NCBI RefSeq assembly: GCF_000142905.1 | Contig: NW_013657618.1 | Location: 124,001 to 188,000, forward strand | Source: Thecamonas trahens ATCC 50062 | Taxonomy: Eukaryota; Protista; Apusomonadida | DNA: 64,000 bases | Direction of reading: 5' to 3' | Part shown: positions 1 to 13,054 of the stretch, in pieces | Layout of the letters: each line of letters starts with the position of its first letter | How positions within the stretch are numbered: position 1 is the stretch's first letter | Position numbers and translations under genes: made by a program | The notes under the pieces: model-generated | What the model was told of the DNA's origin: nothing | The model's input: the letters and a program-made list of their open reading frames with translations, nothing else | The model's database searches: none

Positions 1-369
1 AGAGCAGCACATCCGCAGACCGCATCACGTCCTCCACAGACTCGTTCATCGAGTGCAGCTGCGAGGCCGTTTCAGCAAGCGAGCTTCCACCGGCACCACT
101 CGCGTACCGCCGGTACCCGCCACCGCCACCGTCTCCGCCGCCACCGCCACCGCGGTCGCCGTGCCCGCTGCTCGCAGACCCAGGCCGCCGACCATACGAC
201 GACGTCGGCCGCCCGCCACCGCCGCCACCTCGTCCACCACCTCCAAACGGCCGACCAAGGTCGTCGTCGTCGTCATCGTCGTTGAACCGCCGCCCTAGCC
301 CGGACCGATACTGGTAATGGTCGTCACCGCCACCGCCACCACCGGCACGCGGAAACTCGAGCGAGTTGG

Positions 370-403
<34 letters not shown>

Positions 404-2662
404 CGACGGAAGCCGATCACCCTCATGTCCACCACCGTACACACCGGACGCATTGGTTGACGCGCCAAACGAGGTTGTCGACGCCGTGTTGACCCAGCGC
501 TGGACGTGTCCAGCTGCCGTGGGTCCGCTCGTGCGCCCACCGCCTTCGCCGTGACCGCCCTCGCCGCCAAACACTACCCGGTCCATCAGCTGGTTCACCG
601 TTCCCTGGATTTTGGTGTTGAAAGTCTTGTTCGACTCCACATACGCCTCGAGCGCCTCGATCGACGCTGTCAGTGCGTCGAGATCCTGATACACCTCGGG
701 GAAAGACTGCGTCACCAAGCCATCCATCTGCTCCTTGAGCGCTACAACATGCGAGACAACCGACGACACATCCGACCGCAGCGTCCCCATCCGATCGTCG
801 AGCTCCGCCACTGTTGCCGCAGTCTCCTTGGAGCTGCTCCGCAGCGACTTGACCCGGTTCTCCACGCCCTTGACCCGCCGCTGCAGTGACCGCGCGCCGC
901 TCGACTCGCCGCCGGCATTGTCCTCGTCCACGCCGGGAGAGAACCCACGGGACTTGTCCGGCGACAGCCGGCTAGCCGTCTCTCGGGCCGCACTCGCCTC
1001 CTCCCGCGCTGCAAGCGCCTCGGCCTGTACCCGCTCCACCGCGCCGAGAACCTCTGTCACTGCCGCCGACGACGACGCGTCGACCGCGTCGACTCGCTCT
1101 GTCAGCTCTGTCACCAACGCGCGGAGCTCAGTCACGTCGTTTCTCGCCATTTTCGAGTGCGAGACGGCCTCCTCCTTGGCGTTGTTGAGCCCCTCGTAGA
1201 CTTGTGCAAGGTCTCGCCGCATCGTCTTGAACTGTGAGACCGTGATGGCGCTCTCGCTGCTCTCACCGCTGCTCGTACCCCTGGCCTCTACAAGTTCCAT
1301 CAGCTGAGAGCGCACCCGCTCCAGCTCGTGGTTACGATCGACGCTGAGGCTTGCCACGTCCTGTTCCACAGACTCGAGCGCATACCGCAAACCGGCCACT
1401 TGCTCGCCCAGCGCCGCAAAAGTGCTGGCATCCACGCCTCCACCACTGCTCTCGTCGCGGACTGCCGGACTATCATCGACAGAACGTGCCGCAGCTACCG
1501 CAGCCAGCTCGGCCCGGAGTTCGGTCACCGCCCGTGCGGCAGCATCCGCGGCATCGCGCACCGCGTCCTCGTTGCTTGCGCTTGTGGCATCTACCTTGCG
1601 CAGAATCCGGAGTTCCAGAGCGTCTAGATCACCCGGCGACACGCTGCTCTCCTGGGCGATCGCGGCAGGGGCTTGAATAGCCGCCACACTCTCCTCGATG
1701 GTGTGCAGAATTCGCCGCTCCAGCGCTTCGAGGTCACCAGGTGAGACTCCAGGGGTGGGCGAGCTTTCAACTGGGACCGGCGCTGCTGCCGCCGCCTTTG
1801 TGGCAACCTCGTCAATCTTGCGCATGACTCGTAGCTCGAGCGCGTCGAGATCAGCCGCCGCTGTCGCGGCTGGCATCGGCGCCGGCGCCTCTCCGGCGCG
1901 CTGCAGGGCGAGCATCGGCGCCCGCTGAGCCTCCAGCGCCGCCTGAAGCGCAGTATTGACCGACGCTGTTGTCTGGGCCTGCAGTGCGTGGATGGTCTGA
2001 ATCGAGGCCTCAATGCCCTGAACAGACTCCTGCAGCGTCCACACCTCCTGCTGGAGGCTCCCGACCTTCTCCTTCTCGCGCCACAGCTCTGCATGGGCGT
2101 CGGGATCGTCGTTGAACGCACGCGACTCTTTCTCAAGCTTCTCGACCCGGGCGAGCAACTCGGCAATGACCTCGTCCTTGCGCGCAGCCTGCTCGGCTGC
2201 TGCAGTCTGGTGCTCCTTGACCCCTGTCATCAGCTCGTGCAACAGCTGCATCTGAGTCTGCATCGCAGGCACGATCTCCGGCGCCATGACGTACTGCAAG
2301 CCCATCCCACCGTTTCCGCCTCCCCCCCCCACGCTTCCACTCTCGAGGCCGATGCCCGAGACCTCGCCGAGCTCACCCTCGAGCTCCTCATCGATCCTCG
2401 GCCTGCTGTCAAAGTGGGACGAGGCCAGCCGCGGGCCGGGCGCCAAGACCCGCTCGTACGCCGAGGAGCCAGCGCTTAGTGAACGGGCAGCTGTCGACGA
2501 TCGCGAGCCAGCACCGCCATGGCCTGGCCCACGGACCGAAATGTTCGAGTCGTCCACCACGAGCGTCCGATTGCCCGACAGCGGCATGGTGAACGAGACT
2601 CTGGACGACGACGACGGCGGGAGACTCGACGGGTGCCCATGCCTTGTTGTCCAGATGGACTT
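1..2662 (-). CDS. Long coiled-coil protein, partial (runs off the left edge; upstream exon(s) unresolved)
   Basis: Absent from the ORF track because no stop was seen before the edge. Segments translated by hand share one frame and give heptad-rich text (KDEVIAELLARVEKLEKES, SLQRRVKGVENRVKSLRS, SQLHSMNESVEDVMRSADVLL). A probable acceptor (tgtag|AAG) lies at 2663 with a gactcac branch-like motif upstream. Confidence 0.7.
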
Positions 2663-3111
2663 CTACATCGCCACCACATATGCCAAACCGAGTGAGTCTT
2701 CCCCCCTCCCCCCCCTCCCCCCCCCCCCTTCACCCTCCGGCACGGCCTTTCTCTGGCAAGTGGCGAAAAGCCGCCTTGATCATGATCGGGAGGCGATCGC
2801 GCGCCAAAGCACCCCCCCCCCCCACCCCCCGCCCGCCCCCGCTACCGTCCTCCCCACACCCCCGGGCCCACTCCCACCAGCAAGCCGCCAAAGCCCACCA
2901 GCACGCCATGTCCCACTTGTGGATGACTGCCACCCTTTGGAGCACCAACCCGTTTAGCCTTGTCTCACGTACAGGAGGTGGTCTCCCAGTCATGGCGCCA
3001 GACACGTGTGGCGGACCGGAGCGAATCCAATGGTCGACACGCCCGAGCTTGCCCTTTGGCGGCGCGAGCGCTGCCAGCGACTCTGCGCGAATATCGTACC
3101 CGATTGGGGGT

Positions 3112-6100
3112 TTATGTCGAGGACGGCGGCTCGCTTGAGGTCGTCGGGACGGGCGTAACGGGCGACGGCGGTGGGGATGTGACAGCGGCGGCAGCAGCGG
3201 CGGCGATGGAGGTCGGCAGAGCGACAGTGCCGCCGGTGACAGTCGGCTTGCGGCTCTTGGACGGCTTGGACGGCGCATTCGCTGTCTTGAGCGATGGACG
3301 TCGGCCGGAGAGCTTGCGAGGTGGCGGAGAGGCTGGTGGCGGACCGGCCGACGCACCGGGCGGAGCGGAGATGAGGACGGGTGACGGCGGCGAGCTGATC
3401 GAGGGCTGGCGGGCGTGAGCAGCGGCGGGGACGTGCGCGGGCGGCTCGGGCAGGGCGACCGGAGCCGGGATGGGCGATTGGGGCGGCGGACTGGAGGCTT
3501 TGACGAGCGCGGCGCGGTGCGGCGGCGGCTCGGGGCCGACGTAAGTCGGCTTGCGGGCCTTGGACGGCTTCTTGGGCGGCTCGCGAAGGATGGTGAGACG
3601 ATCAAGCTTGGCCTTGCGGCGCTGGTCCTGGATGGCAGCCATGCGCTCCTGGCGCTTAGCAAAGAGGCGGGCGACGTTGTTCTCCTCGGAGCGCTCGGTC
3701 TTGTCGAGCTCGACGCGTGCGGCGGCGACGAGGACGCGACGAGCCTCGGTGACGTTGCGGACGCGGTTGAGGATGGCCTTTGTCTTTGCGGCACGTGCCT
3801 TGGCGATCTCCGCCGTGTGGCGCTCCTCCATGGCGGCGAGGACAGACTCAAACTGGGCGCGAAATGCTGTCAGTTCTGCGGCCTGGGCCAGGACAAGGTC
3901 GCGGACGGCGGCGCTGGCGTCGTCAAAGAAGGCAGTGCAGTTGTCGCGGGCGTCGAGGAACTCTGTGAACGACATAAAGACCTCCGGGAGCGCGCGGGTA
4001 GTCTCGCGGGTCCGAGTGTTGAAAAAGTGCATCTCTGCACGGACGTAGTCAGGGATCTCTGCCCAGAAAAGCTCATTGGTCATGGGTGCGGTGGTGTCGC
4101 CGTAACGGAAGGTCGGGCGCGACGGCAGCGGGTCGTCGTCGTCGGCGTACTTGTCAAAGACGGCCCAGTTGATGGCCGACTCCTCGGTCTCGGTCTTGTT
4201 GAGCTTGTCGACGACGGTTGCGTGGAGCGAGGGATTTGCCCGCATGCGCTCGATGTAGGCAGCGACTTCGGCGTGGACCGGCTTCACAAGCTCGAGGGCG
4301 GGGAGGAGCTGGACCTGGCTTTCCTCAAAATGGGTGGGAAAGGCAGGGCCGTAGGCAAACAGGTGGACCGGGTGCTTGTTGACACGCGACGGTTCGGGCG
4401 CGTAGTGTGTGGCGGCGACCTGGAGCGAAGGATCGGAGAGGAAGAGCGCCTTTGCACCACGACCAAGTCGGAGCTTGGACTTGCCCTTCTTCTCGACGAT
4501 GGCCTCGTCAAAGTGCATGCCCGCAAGGTCGACGCCTTGAAAGGCGGCGGTGACCCGCTCCTCGACAAAGAGGTTGAACGCCTGTGTGGCGAGCATGGCC
4601 GAGACAAAGGCCTGGGCCTTGGAGTTCTTGGAGGCGAGCGCGGCGAGCGACTCGAGGAAGCCGTCCTTGTCAAAAAGCGGAAAGTTGTAGTCGTCCATCA
4701 TGGCGGCGTACGCCTCCTCGTCGTCAGCAGTGACGACGTACTTTGCATAGTCCTGGAAGAGCGAGGTGAAGAAGCGGAGGAACGCGTCGCGGGCGGCGTC
4801 GGCGTCGGCGCTCTGCGCCGACTGGCCCTTGAGGCGCAGCGAGTCAAGCTCGGGGTCGTCATTGAGGTCAGGGTCGGGCTCGGCGCTGGAAGGCGCGCCG
4901 GCCGGCGGATGGGAGGAGGCGGCCGAGGTGACGGCGCGGACACGGAGCTCGTCTGATCCGACCGAGATGGATCGAGCAGGCGTGCCGCGGCTCCGGAGAC
5001 GCGAGGCGTGAGTGTCAATGCTCTGCCGGCGACGGTAGGCAGCCATGGAGCGGTCGACAAGGGCCAGCTGCGGCGACGAGTCGTGAATCGAGTCGGAGAG
5101 AAGCTGAATGGTGGGCGTGCCGTTGGTAGACGGCGTGTCACGGGTGGAGGCGATGGAGGAGCGGCGCGAGGAGAGCGGAGACGGGCCGGTCTTGCCACCA
5201 GCCTGGCTCGGCGGCGCACCGACGAGAGTCGGCTCGAGCAGCGAGTTGTCTGCGTCAAGGGTGACCGGGGCGACTGCACGGGCGACATAGTGCGAGTGAA
5301 CCTTGCGGAGCTTGGCAATGTCGAGCGGAGCGCCTGGGCGGCGCATCCTGATGGCAGAGAGGCGCTTGACGAGCTTCTTATGCACGTACTCGGGGAGCGG
5401 CTCGATGTCGAGCGGGGCGCCGGACGAGACGGCACCGGTATCGATGTTGAAGCGGACGACGTCGTCAGAGAGCTCGTTGCGCGGGAGGTACTCGTGGAGC
5501 ATGCCCATGACAAACGGGACCGGGGCATGGACAAAGTTGACGAGCGGCTTGGGGACGAGCGGGATGTACACGTGGTCCCACTTGAAGGGGTAAAGGAGCG
5601 AGAGCAGGGCCTCGGCGATTGGGGTGAGGAGCCAGGCGTGGTCCGAGACGAGGACGAGCTTTTGTTCGAGAACGAGGGCGTGGAAGAGCTGGATGAGGGT
5701 GTCCTGGTCGGCGACCATGAGGAGCAAGTCCATGGCGACATCGAGGAGTGGGAGCTCATTAAAGGCCGGCCTGCGGAGGAAGAGCTCAGACTGGCCGATC
5801 GAGACCGAGACTTGGAGCTTGCCGCGCGGCGGCAGCGGGACTTGTTCGAGCAGGTTGCACAACAGGTCGCGGTAAGGGATGCGGAATGAGACCGGGAGCG
5901 ACTCGGTCGGGGCGGCGACCTCTTCCACGCGGCGGAGATGGATGTCGAGGAGCGAGACGAGGTACGACTCGATAAAGGCGTAGACCGGCGCCTTGCAAAC
6001 GAGGACCAGCGCCTTGGGCACAAGGACCCGGACGCGAATGCGGACGGCGTCGGGCCGCGGATCGGCGGCCGGCGGCGCGACCGACTCCAGCTCGTCGTCG

Positions 6101-7103
6101 GTCAGGTACGAGCCCGAGCTCGAGTCTGAATCCGAGCTGGCGGGCGCGTCGGCTGCAGCGGTGTCGGCGACCGGCTCGCGCGGGACCGAGACCTCGAGGT
6201 AGGCCTCCTCGTAAAAGGTGATGCACCCACCAAACGAGTGACCGCCCGAGAGCTCTGTGAGGACAAACGAGTGGAAGCGCGGCTGCGGGAGGCGGGAGGC
6301 AGCCGAGCCGGCGGTCGAGTCCGGACGGCGGATCTTGGCGGAGCGCGGGAAGCAAAACATCCACAAGTTGTCCGGGACGACGACCGAGCCGTCGCCGGCG
6401 TCGGCCTCGGGCAGCCGCAGCAGCGTTGTGCCCTGGTACTCGCCAGCGAGGACGGTGTCGAGGACGGCGGCACTGGCGCGCGAGCCCCAGCCGGTGCGGG
6501 TGCTGACACGGCGGCGTTTCTTCTTGTGGCTCCGTGTGGGCGACGAGGCCGAGCCATCGACCGAGTCGACCGACGGCGACGACGGGAGTGACATGGGCCC
6601 TGTGATGCCGAGCGGCGACGTAGCTGACGCCGAGCCGACAGACGAGCCAACCGACGTTGCCGAGCCTGCGCGCTGTCTGGAGAGACCACGATCGAGCTGG
6701 CTCGGGAGCACAAGGACCGGGTTGGGCTCGATGGCAGCCTCAGCCACACTGTCTTCCTCATTCACCGCCACCGAGCGGACCGCATTGGCGTTGATCTCTG
6801 CAGCCTCAACCAGGGGACCAGGCGACATGCCGACAACAGCAAAGAACGAAGCCACTCGCATGCCAGGAATGGCCACCTCTGGCTCGATTTCATCAGAGCT
6901 GTGGATGATCACATCATCGTCTTCCTTGTCGACGATGATGGTGACGGGACTGTCTGACTGCTGAAGATCTCCCGACTGACTGGCGATGGCTTTCAGAGGC
7001 GTCTCATCAGCATTGGCCATGACCGTGTTGTTGTTGTTGTTGTTGTTGTTGCTGTTGTTGTTGTTGTTGTTGTTGTTGTTGCTGTTGTTGTTGTTGTTGT
7101 TGC

Positions 7104-7154
<51 letters not shown>

Positions 7155-7302
7155 GGGTCGTGGCCATCGTGGTGGTGGTAGTGGCAGATTCTGTGACCTG
7201 TGCCTTGTTGTCACCACCAGTCATGTCCGAGCCCGTGCTTGACTCCATGCCCATCATGCCCACCATGTCCTTGTCCGGTACTCCTTCACCAGAACTAGAC
7301 AT
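3112..7302 (-). CDS. DENN-domain protein (Rab GEF family) with N-terminal poly-Asn and C-terminal coiled coil/Pro-rich tail
   Basis: uDENN/cDENN/dDENN motifs: LWMFCFP, FHSFVLTELSGGHSFGGCITFYE, LFHALVLEQKLVLVS, LLYPFKWDHVYIPLVP, HAPVPFVMG, FLRFFTSLFQDY, TQAFNLFVEER. The likely start is MSSSGEG at 7302; the ORF extension upstream is a C-rich tract. Confidence 0.9.
7027..7153. repeat. (AAC)n microsatellite encoding ~40 Asn
   Basis: gttgttgtt run with three gct interruptions, inside the DENN CDS. Confidence 0.95.
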
Positions 7303-7700
7303 GGAAGGTGGTGGGAGTGGTGGGAGTGTGTGTGTGGTGGTGGGGGTGGGGGTGGGGGAGGGGAGGGGAGGGTGTGTGTGGGGAGGGGAGGGAAGGAGGG
7401 GGGAGGAGGGTGTTGTGTGTGTGTGGTGTGTGGTGGTGGGGGTAAGGTGGTTGGTTGCTGTTGGTGGTGGTGAGCGGTGGTGGGGGTGGTGGTGTGGTGC
7501 CTGCACCTGGGTGTCTGCGCGTGTTGATCATGTTTGCGCGTGGGGTGGGTGAGGGGGGGGTGGGGGGTGGGGGGTGGGGGGTGTAGAGGAAAATATTTTA
7601 TGTGTCCTAGGCGTGCTCAGCCGATGGTGGTGGACGAGAGGCGGTGGTCGAGGGGCACGAGACACACGGCTCTTGAGCGAGAAAGAAGAGACAAGAGAAG

Positions 7701-8488
7701 ATGGCGAGCGCAGGACGGTTTGCACTTGTGACGGGAGGACGGCAGGGCATTGGCGCAGCTGTGGTGCGGCGGCTGGCGGAGAAGGGCTACTCGGTGGCGG
7801 TGGCCGACTTGCCCAACCGCGACGAGACCGAGGAGAAGGCAGGGGTGGTGCCTGCCGGCGGGGCGTTCTTTGGCTGCAACGTGGGCGATGCGGAGGATGT
7901 GGCGCGGGCGATGGGCGAGGTCCATGCCTGGGTGGCCGAGTGCGATCCGGAGCGGAGCGTGGGAGCGCTGGACGTGGTGGTCAACTCAGCGGGCGTGACC
8001 CGCGATGCCATGGCGCTCAAGGTGGAGAGCGCGACGTGGGACGCGGTGATGGAGATCAATTTGCGGGGATCGTTTCTGGTAGCGCAGGCGGCGGCGCGGA
8101 GATGGTGCGGCTGAAGGAAGCGAGTGAGGGCGAGTGGGCGGGCGAGCAGGCCATCGTCAACATGTCGTCGATTGTGGCGCTGCACGGGAACGTGGGCCAG
8201 ACGGCGTACTGCGCGTCCAAGGCCGGCGTGGTGGGCATGACCAAGGCGCTGGCCAAGGAGCTTGCGCCGTCAGGCATCCGCGTCAACGCAGTGGCGCCGG
8301 GCTTTATCGCCACCCCGATGACGGCTGCTGTGCCGGACAAGGTCATGGCCATGATGCGGCAGCAGATTCCGCTAGGCGAGGTCGGCGAGGCGGACGACAT
8401 TGCGGCGGTGGTCGAGTTTCTGGCTTCGCGCGATGCGCGGTACGTGACAGGTGCGGTTATTGAGGCGACAGGCGGACTGTTTATGTAG
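7701..8488 (+). CDS. HSD17B8: Short-chain dehydrogenase/reductase, HSD17B8/FabG-like 3-oxoacyl reductase; split by a one-base frameshift at ~8098
   Basis: Frame 1 has ALVTGGRQGIG and VVNSAGVTRD. Frame 2 has IVNMSS, YCASKAG, GIRVNAVAPGFIATPMT and C-terminal TGGLFM as in HSD17B8. Adding one G at cgg[g]ag joins them (AAAR-EMVRL). Confidence 0.85.
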
Positions 8489-8511
8489 TAAAGGCGGTTG
8501 AGGATGAGCCG

Positions 8512-11500
8512 CTAGGCCCGGACGAGGGTGACTGCGGCGGCGGGGTCGGCATATGCGCGGAGGGCAAAGCCGGAGTACTCTTCGGGGTTAAAGGTGGTGG
8601 GGTAGATGGTGTACACGCCCGGCGAGAGGAAGAACGAGGCGGTGTTGAAGAGGCCGCGCGACCAGTTGCCGGTCTGGCCGAGGATCTCGTCCTCACCCTG
8701 GCCGGTGATGAGGAAGCCGACGGCGAGGCCCGAGGCTGGCGAGTCCTGGGCGAGGAGAATGGTGACGTAGACCGAGTCGCCTGCGCCGGCACCGACGGTG
8801 AGGTTGTACTTGGGGTTTGACGTCCACGACTCAAAGTTGTTGCAGCCGCCGGCGCAACCCGGGGCCCACGCGCCGTCGATCTGGGTGTACCCGGTGTTGC
8901 CCGTGCCAAGCGAGATGGCAAAGCCTGCGGGCGAGGGGAGCTCGGAGCGGTAGGCGTAGACGTCGAGGGTGAAGGAGCCTGCGGTGTCCGGCTGGAAAGT
9001 TGTGGGCACGATGATGTAGCGGCCGGCGTCGAGGCGGCCGCGGAGGCAGATGGTGCCCTCGTCTGTCCAGGCACCAGGCTCGAGGACCGGGGTCATGTTG
9101 AAGGTGTAGTCTGCCGAGTCCTGCGAAGGCAGGAGGTAGATGTTGACATGGCTCCGCGACTCTGGCGCGGCGTGCTGGGTGAGGGTGATGGAGAGCTGGA
9201 GCGAGGCGGGCAGCTCAAGGACGTACTGCGGGTTGTCGATCCAGTGCCAGGTGTTGGCGCAGCCGGCGGCGGAGGCGCCAGCCCAGGAGCCGGATGCCGA
9301 GAGGTGGACGTACGAGCCTTCCATCGACGGCGCCGGGGTGAGCGAGAACTTGGAGTGATTGAGAAGGACGCGGACCATGTAGTCGGACTCGACGCCCGGA
9401 GCAAAGGTAGAGGCGGCGAGGATGTACTTGCCCTTTTCGAGGACGAGGAACTTTGCGATTTCGCGGGCGTCGATCCAAGGATCGGTGTTGATGATGCACT
9501 CGTCCTCATGAAAGTGGATGATGCGAGCGCCTGTGGGCGCCTTCATGAGGTGCATGCCGATGTGGACGTTTTCCAGCTTGTCGTCACCGGTGAAGCGGGC
9601 CTCTTTTTGGCGGAGGGCGACAACGGCAACGCCGCGCTGCTCGACGTCGAGGAGGAACTGCGGGTTCGGCGCCGGGGCGTAGTGGAATCGGCCGGCGGCC
9701 GACTCACCCTCCCACTTGCCAACCTGGACCTGGGTGGTCCACTTTGCTTCAGGAAAGACCTTGACGATGTCGATCTCGTCAAAGTGGGAGCAAAAGTCGT
9801 CAAACGACATCCAGAAGAGGCCGTCATCGGCATCGGTCTGGTCGAGAGCAACCTTTGCGTCGACGGACCACTGCGGAGCACCGTCGGACCAAGCGCCGTT
9901 CCACTCGACAGAACCCCACGGGTTGCGGAGGTGGATGAGGCGCTCGCCGTTATAGACTGCGGTGCGCATGATGCCGTACGCGTGGAATTTGAGCAGGCCG
10001 GTGTTGTCGAGCTCGCCCTCGCCGTTGCCGTCGCCAAAGGCGACGCAGCCCATGAGGCGCGAGTACGAGGCTGGATCCTTGACAAGGGTATCCCACAGCT
10101 CGTTGGCGACGGTGGAGCCCGGCGTGCCGACCTCGATCTTGTCCGAGACGCCGCCGGTGAGGTCGACGAGAGCGTCGCGCATGAGGCCACGCTCAAGGGT
10201 CTGGAAAGTGCCGTGAACCTTGGCATAGGCCTTTTCGATGAGCGAGACCCAGAACTCGTTCGCGTCGGCGCAACGGGAGAAGACGGGCTTGCCCTTTGCG
10301 TCGCAGGGGAGGCGGTCGTCGATGACCACGTCCTTCCATGCGCCGTTGACAAAGAAGCGCATGCGGTACTCGCCGCGGTGCGGGGCGCAGTACTGGAAGA
10401 TGCGCTTCAGCAGGTCCATGCGGGTACCGATGCACATGAGAGCGCCGAGGAACCAGCAGTCGGCGAGGCCACCCTGAACAATGTCCCCGGCCATAATGCC
10501 GTCGACAAACAACTGTGGGTTGGGGTGGATCTCCGAGAGGCGGAGCCACTTGTCGATGCGAGCGACGCCCTCGGGAATGATGGTCGACTCGGAGAGGTCG
10601 TACAGGATGTCTTCCCCGGGCGAAAAGTTCGGATCGCAGAACAGCTCGCCCTTGCTCAGGTCGACCACCATGTCGAGATCCTGCAGAATAGGGAGTGGGG
10701 GGTGGGGGTGTGGGGGGATGGAGTGAGTCAGGTACGCGGGACCGGCCGAGCTTTGTTTGCACGCCGGGCCGAGTCGGGTACGGATTCAGGCAGTGTCGAT
10801 CTCAGGTCTGAGCGCAGGCAGACAGGGCCGAGTCCGGGACAGACGCAGGGTCGACATCAAGCACGGATGCAGACCAGGTCAATCTCAGACAGGTAGCCAG
10901 ACAGGGCCGATCTCAAGCAGGTAGCCAGACAGGGCCGATCTCAGGTAGGTAGCCAGACAGGGCCGATCTCAGGTAGGTAGCCAGACCAGGTCAATCTCAA
11001 GCAGGTAGCCAGACAGGGCCGATCTCAAGCAGGTAGCCAGACAGGGCCGATCTCAGGCACGTAGCCAGACAGGGCCGATCTCAGGCACGTAGCCAGACAG
11101 GGCCGATCTCAGGCACGTAGCCAGACAGGGCCGATCTCAGGAACGTAGCCAGACAGGGCCGATCTCAAGCAGGTAGCCAGACAGGGCCGATCTCAGGCAC
11201 GTAGCCAGACAGGGCCGATCTCAGGCACGTAGCCAGACAGGGCCGATCTCAGGAACGTAGCCAGACAGGGCCGATCTCAGGCACGTAGCCAGACAGGGCC
11301 GATCTCAGGCACGTAGCCAGACAGGGCCGATCTCAGGCACGTAGCCAGACAGGGCCGAGTCTAGCGAGAGAGGGAGAGAGTGCGGCACGATTAAGAGGCA
11401 CGGTTGGGCACGGGGACAGAGACAGGTACAGGGATACAGCCACCACAAAACATACACACACACACACACACACATACACACACATGTGTATATACATATA

Positions 11501-11838
11501 CTGCAATACACATCATGTATACCCCCCCCCTCCCCTCCCCTAGCCCCCCCCTGACACCAACCATGGGAGGGGAGGTCATGCAAGGACTCGCGGGCTTCCT
11601 GCGAAAAGGGAGCACCTGTCACCAAAGAGAAGACGAGGAGGAGGAGGGGGAGGGGGAGGAGGAGGGGAGGGGGGGGGGGTATGGGGATGCAGCAGGTCAC
11701 ATGGGTGTGGGTGTGGTTGTATGTACATGGGTATGTGGATGGGGTGGGTGGGGATGGAGGTGGCTGTGCTCCGGCATGGTGGCGTACTTGGGCGGTGGCA
11801 AGCATCTCGCGCTCCGAGTCTGTTTGTGTTGCTGCCAT
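8512..11838 (-). CDS. Calpain (CysPc catalytic core + three C2-like domain III repeats); spliced, predicted exons 11838-11788, 11598-11562, 11360-11341, 10680-8512
   Basis: Catalytic triad QGGLADCWFL / HAYG / LRNPWG, plus DDRLP, EFWVSLIEKAYAK and DGLFWMSFDDF. The small upstream exons have GT/AG borders and consistent phases (0,1,0). The core is certain; the small exons are inferred. Confidence 0.88.
10790..11358. repeat. 28-bp minisatellite (gtagccagacagggccgatctcaggcac), ~16 good copies plus degenerate ones, in the calpain intron
   Basis: Direct head-to-tail repeats with no spacers. Confidence 0.95.
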
Positions 11839-13054
11839 GATCGAAATGAGAGTCAAGTGCGATGAGGGGAGAGCGTGAGAGGGAGGGGAGGGGAGGGGAG
11901 AGAGGGGAGGGAGGGGAGGGAGGGGAGGGAGGGGAGGGGAGGGGAGGGGAGAGAGGGCGGACGGGTACAAGGAGATGAGCTTTCTGTTCTGGCTCTGGGA
12001 TGTCTGTACAAGGATGATCATTGCAGATAGAGATGGAATGTGGAGACTCGGTGACCTCTGCAGCGCGAGGAGGCTGTGTGACACACATCCGTACCGGTAG
12101 CTATGCCTGATGTATGACGGTGATTGTGTAGGTGAGGTTTGGATATGAAGATGGATGTGGATATGTCTGTGCTGTCGGTGTAGCGTGCGATAACCCATTT
12201 AACGAGCGGCCCCATTTGTGTCCTCCACCACATGACTACCACACACACTCTCTTACATCGAATGCGTTCATCCTATGCTGAAAATACCCGATCCCGTCTC
12301 GCTCTCGGAAGTCAAGCAGCATGAGGCTTGGTTAGTACTGTGGTGGGGGACCACACGGGAATACCGAGTAACGCATTCTTTCTTCTTTTTGCCCAACTAC
12401 ACACCCTCCTTGCCTGCATGCATGCCTCGATACCATTCCATCGATCAACCATACTTTCGTTCCTCACCCTGGTATGCGGGTGGAGCAGCGTATCGAGGGC
12501 GCCCAGCCCCCAACCCAGTTGTTTTCGAAGCGGTGGATGATGGATGTCTCCGCACTCTTCCCAGAAAAACAAAGCGGTGCACAAGCAAGCGCGGCAAGTT
12601 GTCCTCCAAGATGCCGAGGTCACACTCGCCCCGAGTCGTTGCTGAGGAGAATGCCGTCCGAGTGGATGGCGCCGAAGAGCGGCCCGCCGTCGAGCCACTG
12701 GCCCACGTTGTCCCGGGCCATCTCCAGCAGCAGCAGGCCGTGCGTGCTCATCGTCGAGACATGACACAAAGTACATCATCGTCGCCCCACGCCAGTGTGT
12801 GCATCGCATACCGCGTCGATGCAGACGTCGCAAGTGCGTGCTCGGCCAGCCGGAGACACTCGCACCCGTTCCGCGCAGCAAGTGTGAGGGTAGCGTGGGT
12901 TGTGGTGTGTGGCGGCGGTGAAGGAGCCGGCGACGCGTGGGTTGACCGTGGTCGCCAGCCATCTCTTGTCTCGCGCTCGCACGAACGTCAACATGGGCCA
13001 AATGCGGACTCGTGACCGATCCATGTCCAGCAGTTCATCGTCGCCCGTTCGTAC

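Noticed and set aside
7303-7506. His/Pro/Thr-rich N-terminal ORF extensions (also 18306-18593, 40527-41816, 46013-46252, 53641-53871, 56137-56823)
   Set aside because: Translations of stop-poor C-rich upstream tracts or neighbouring genes; better starts lie downstream.
7701-8488. Frameshifted genes as pseudogenes
   Set aside because: All catalytic motifs are intact with no further lesions; sequencing error is more parsimonious.
10790-11358. 28-bp repeats as a CRISPR array
   Set aside because: No spacers; simple minisatellite.
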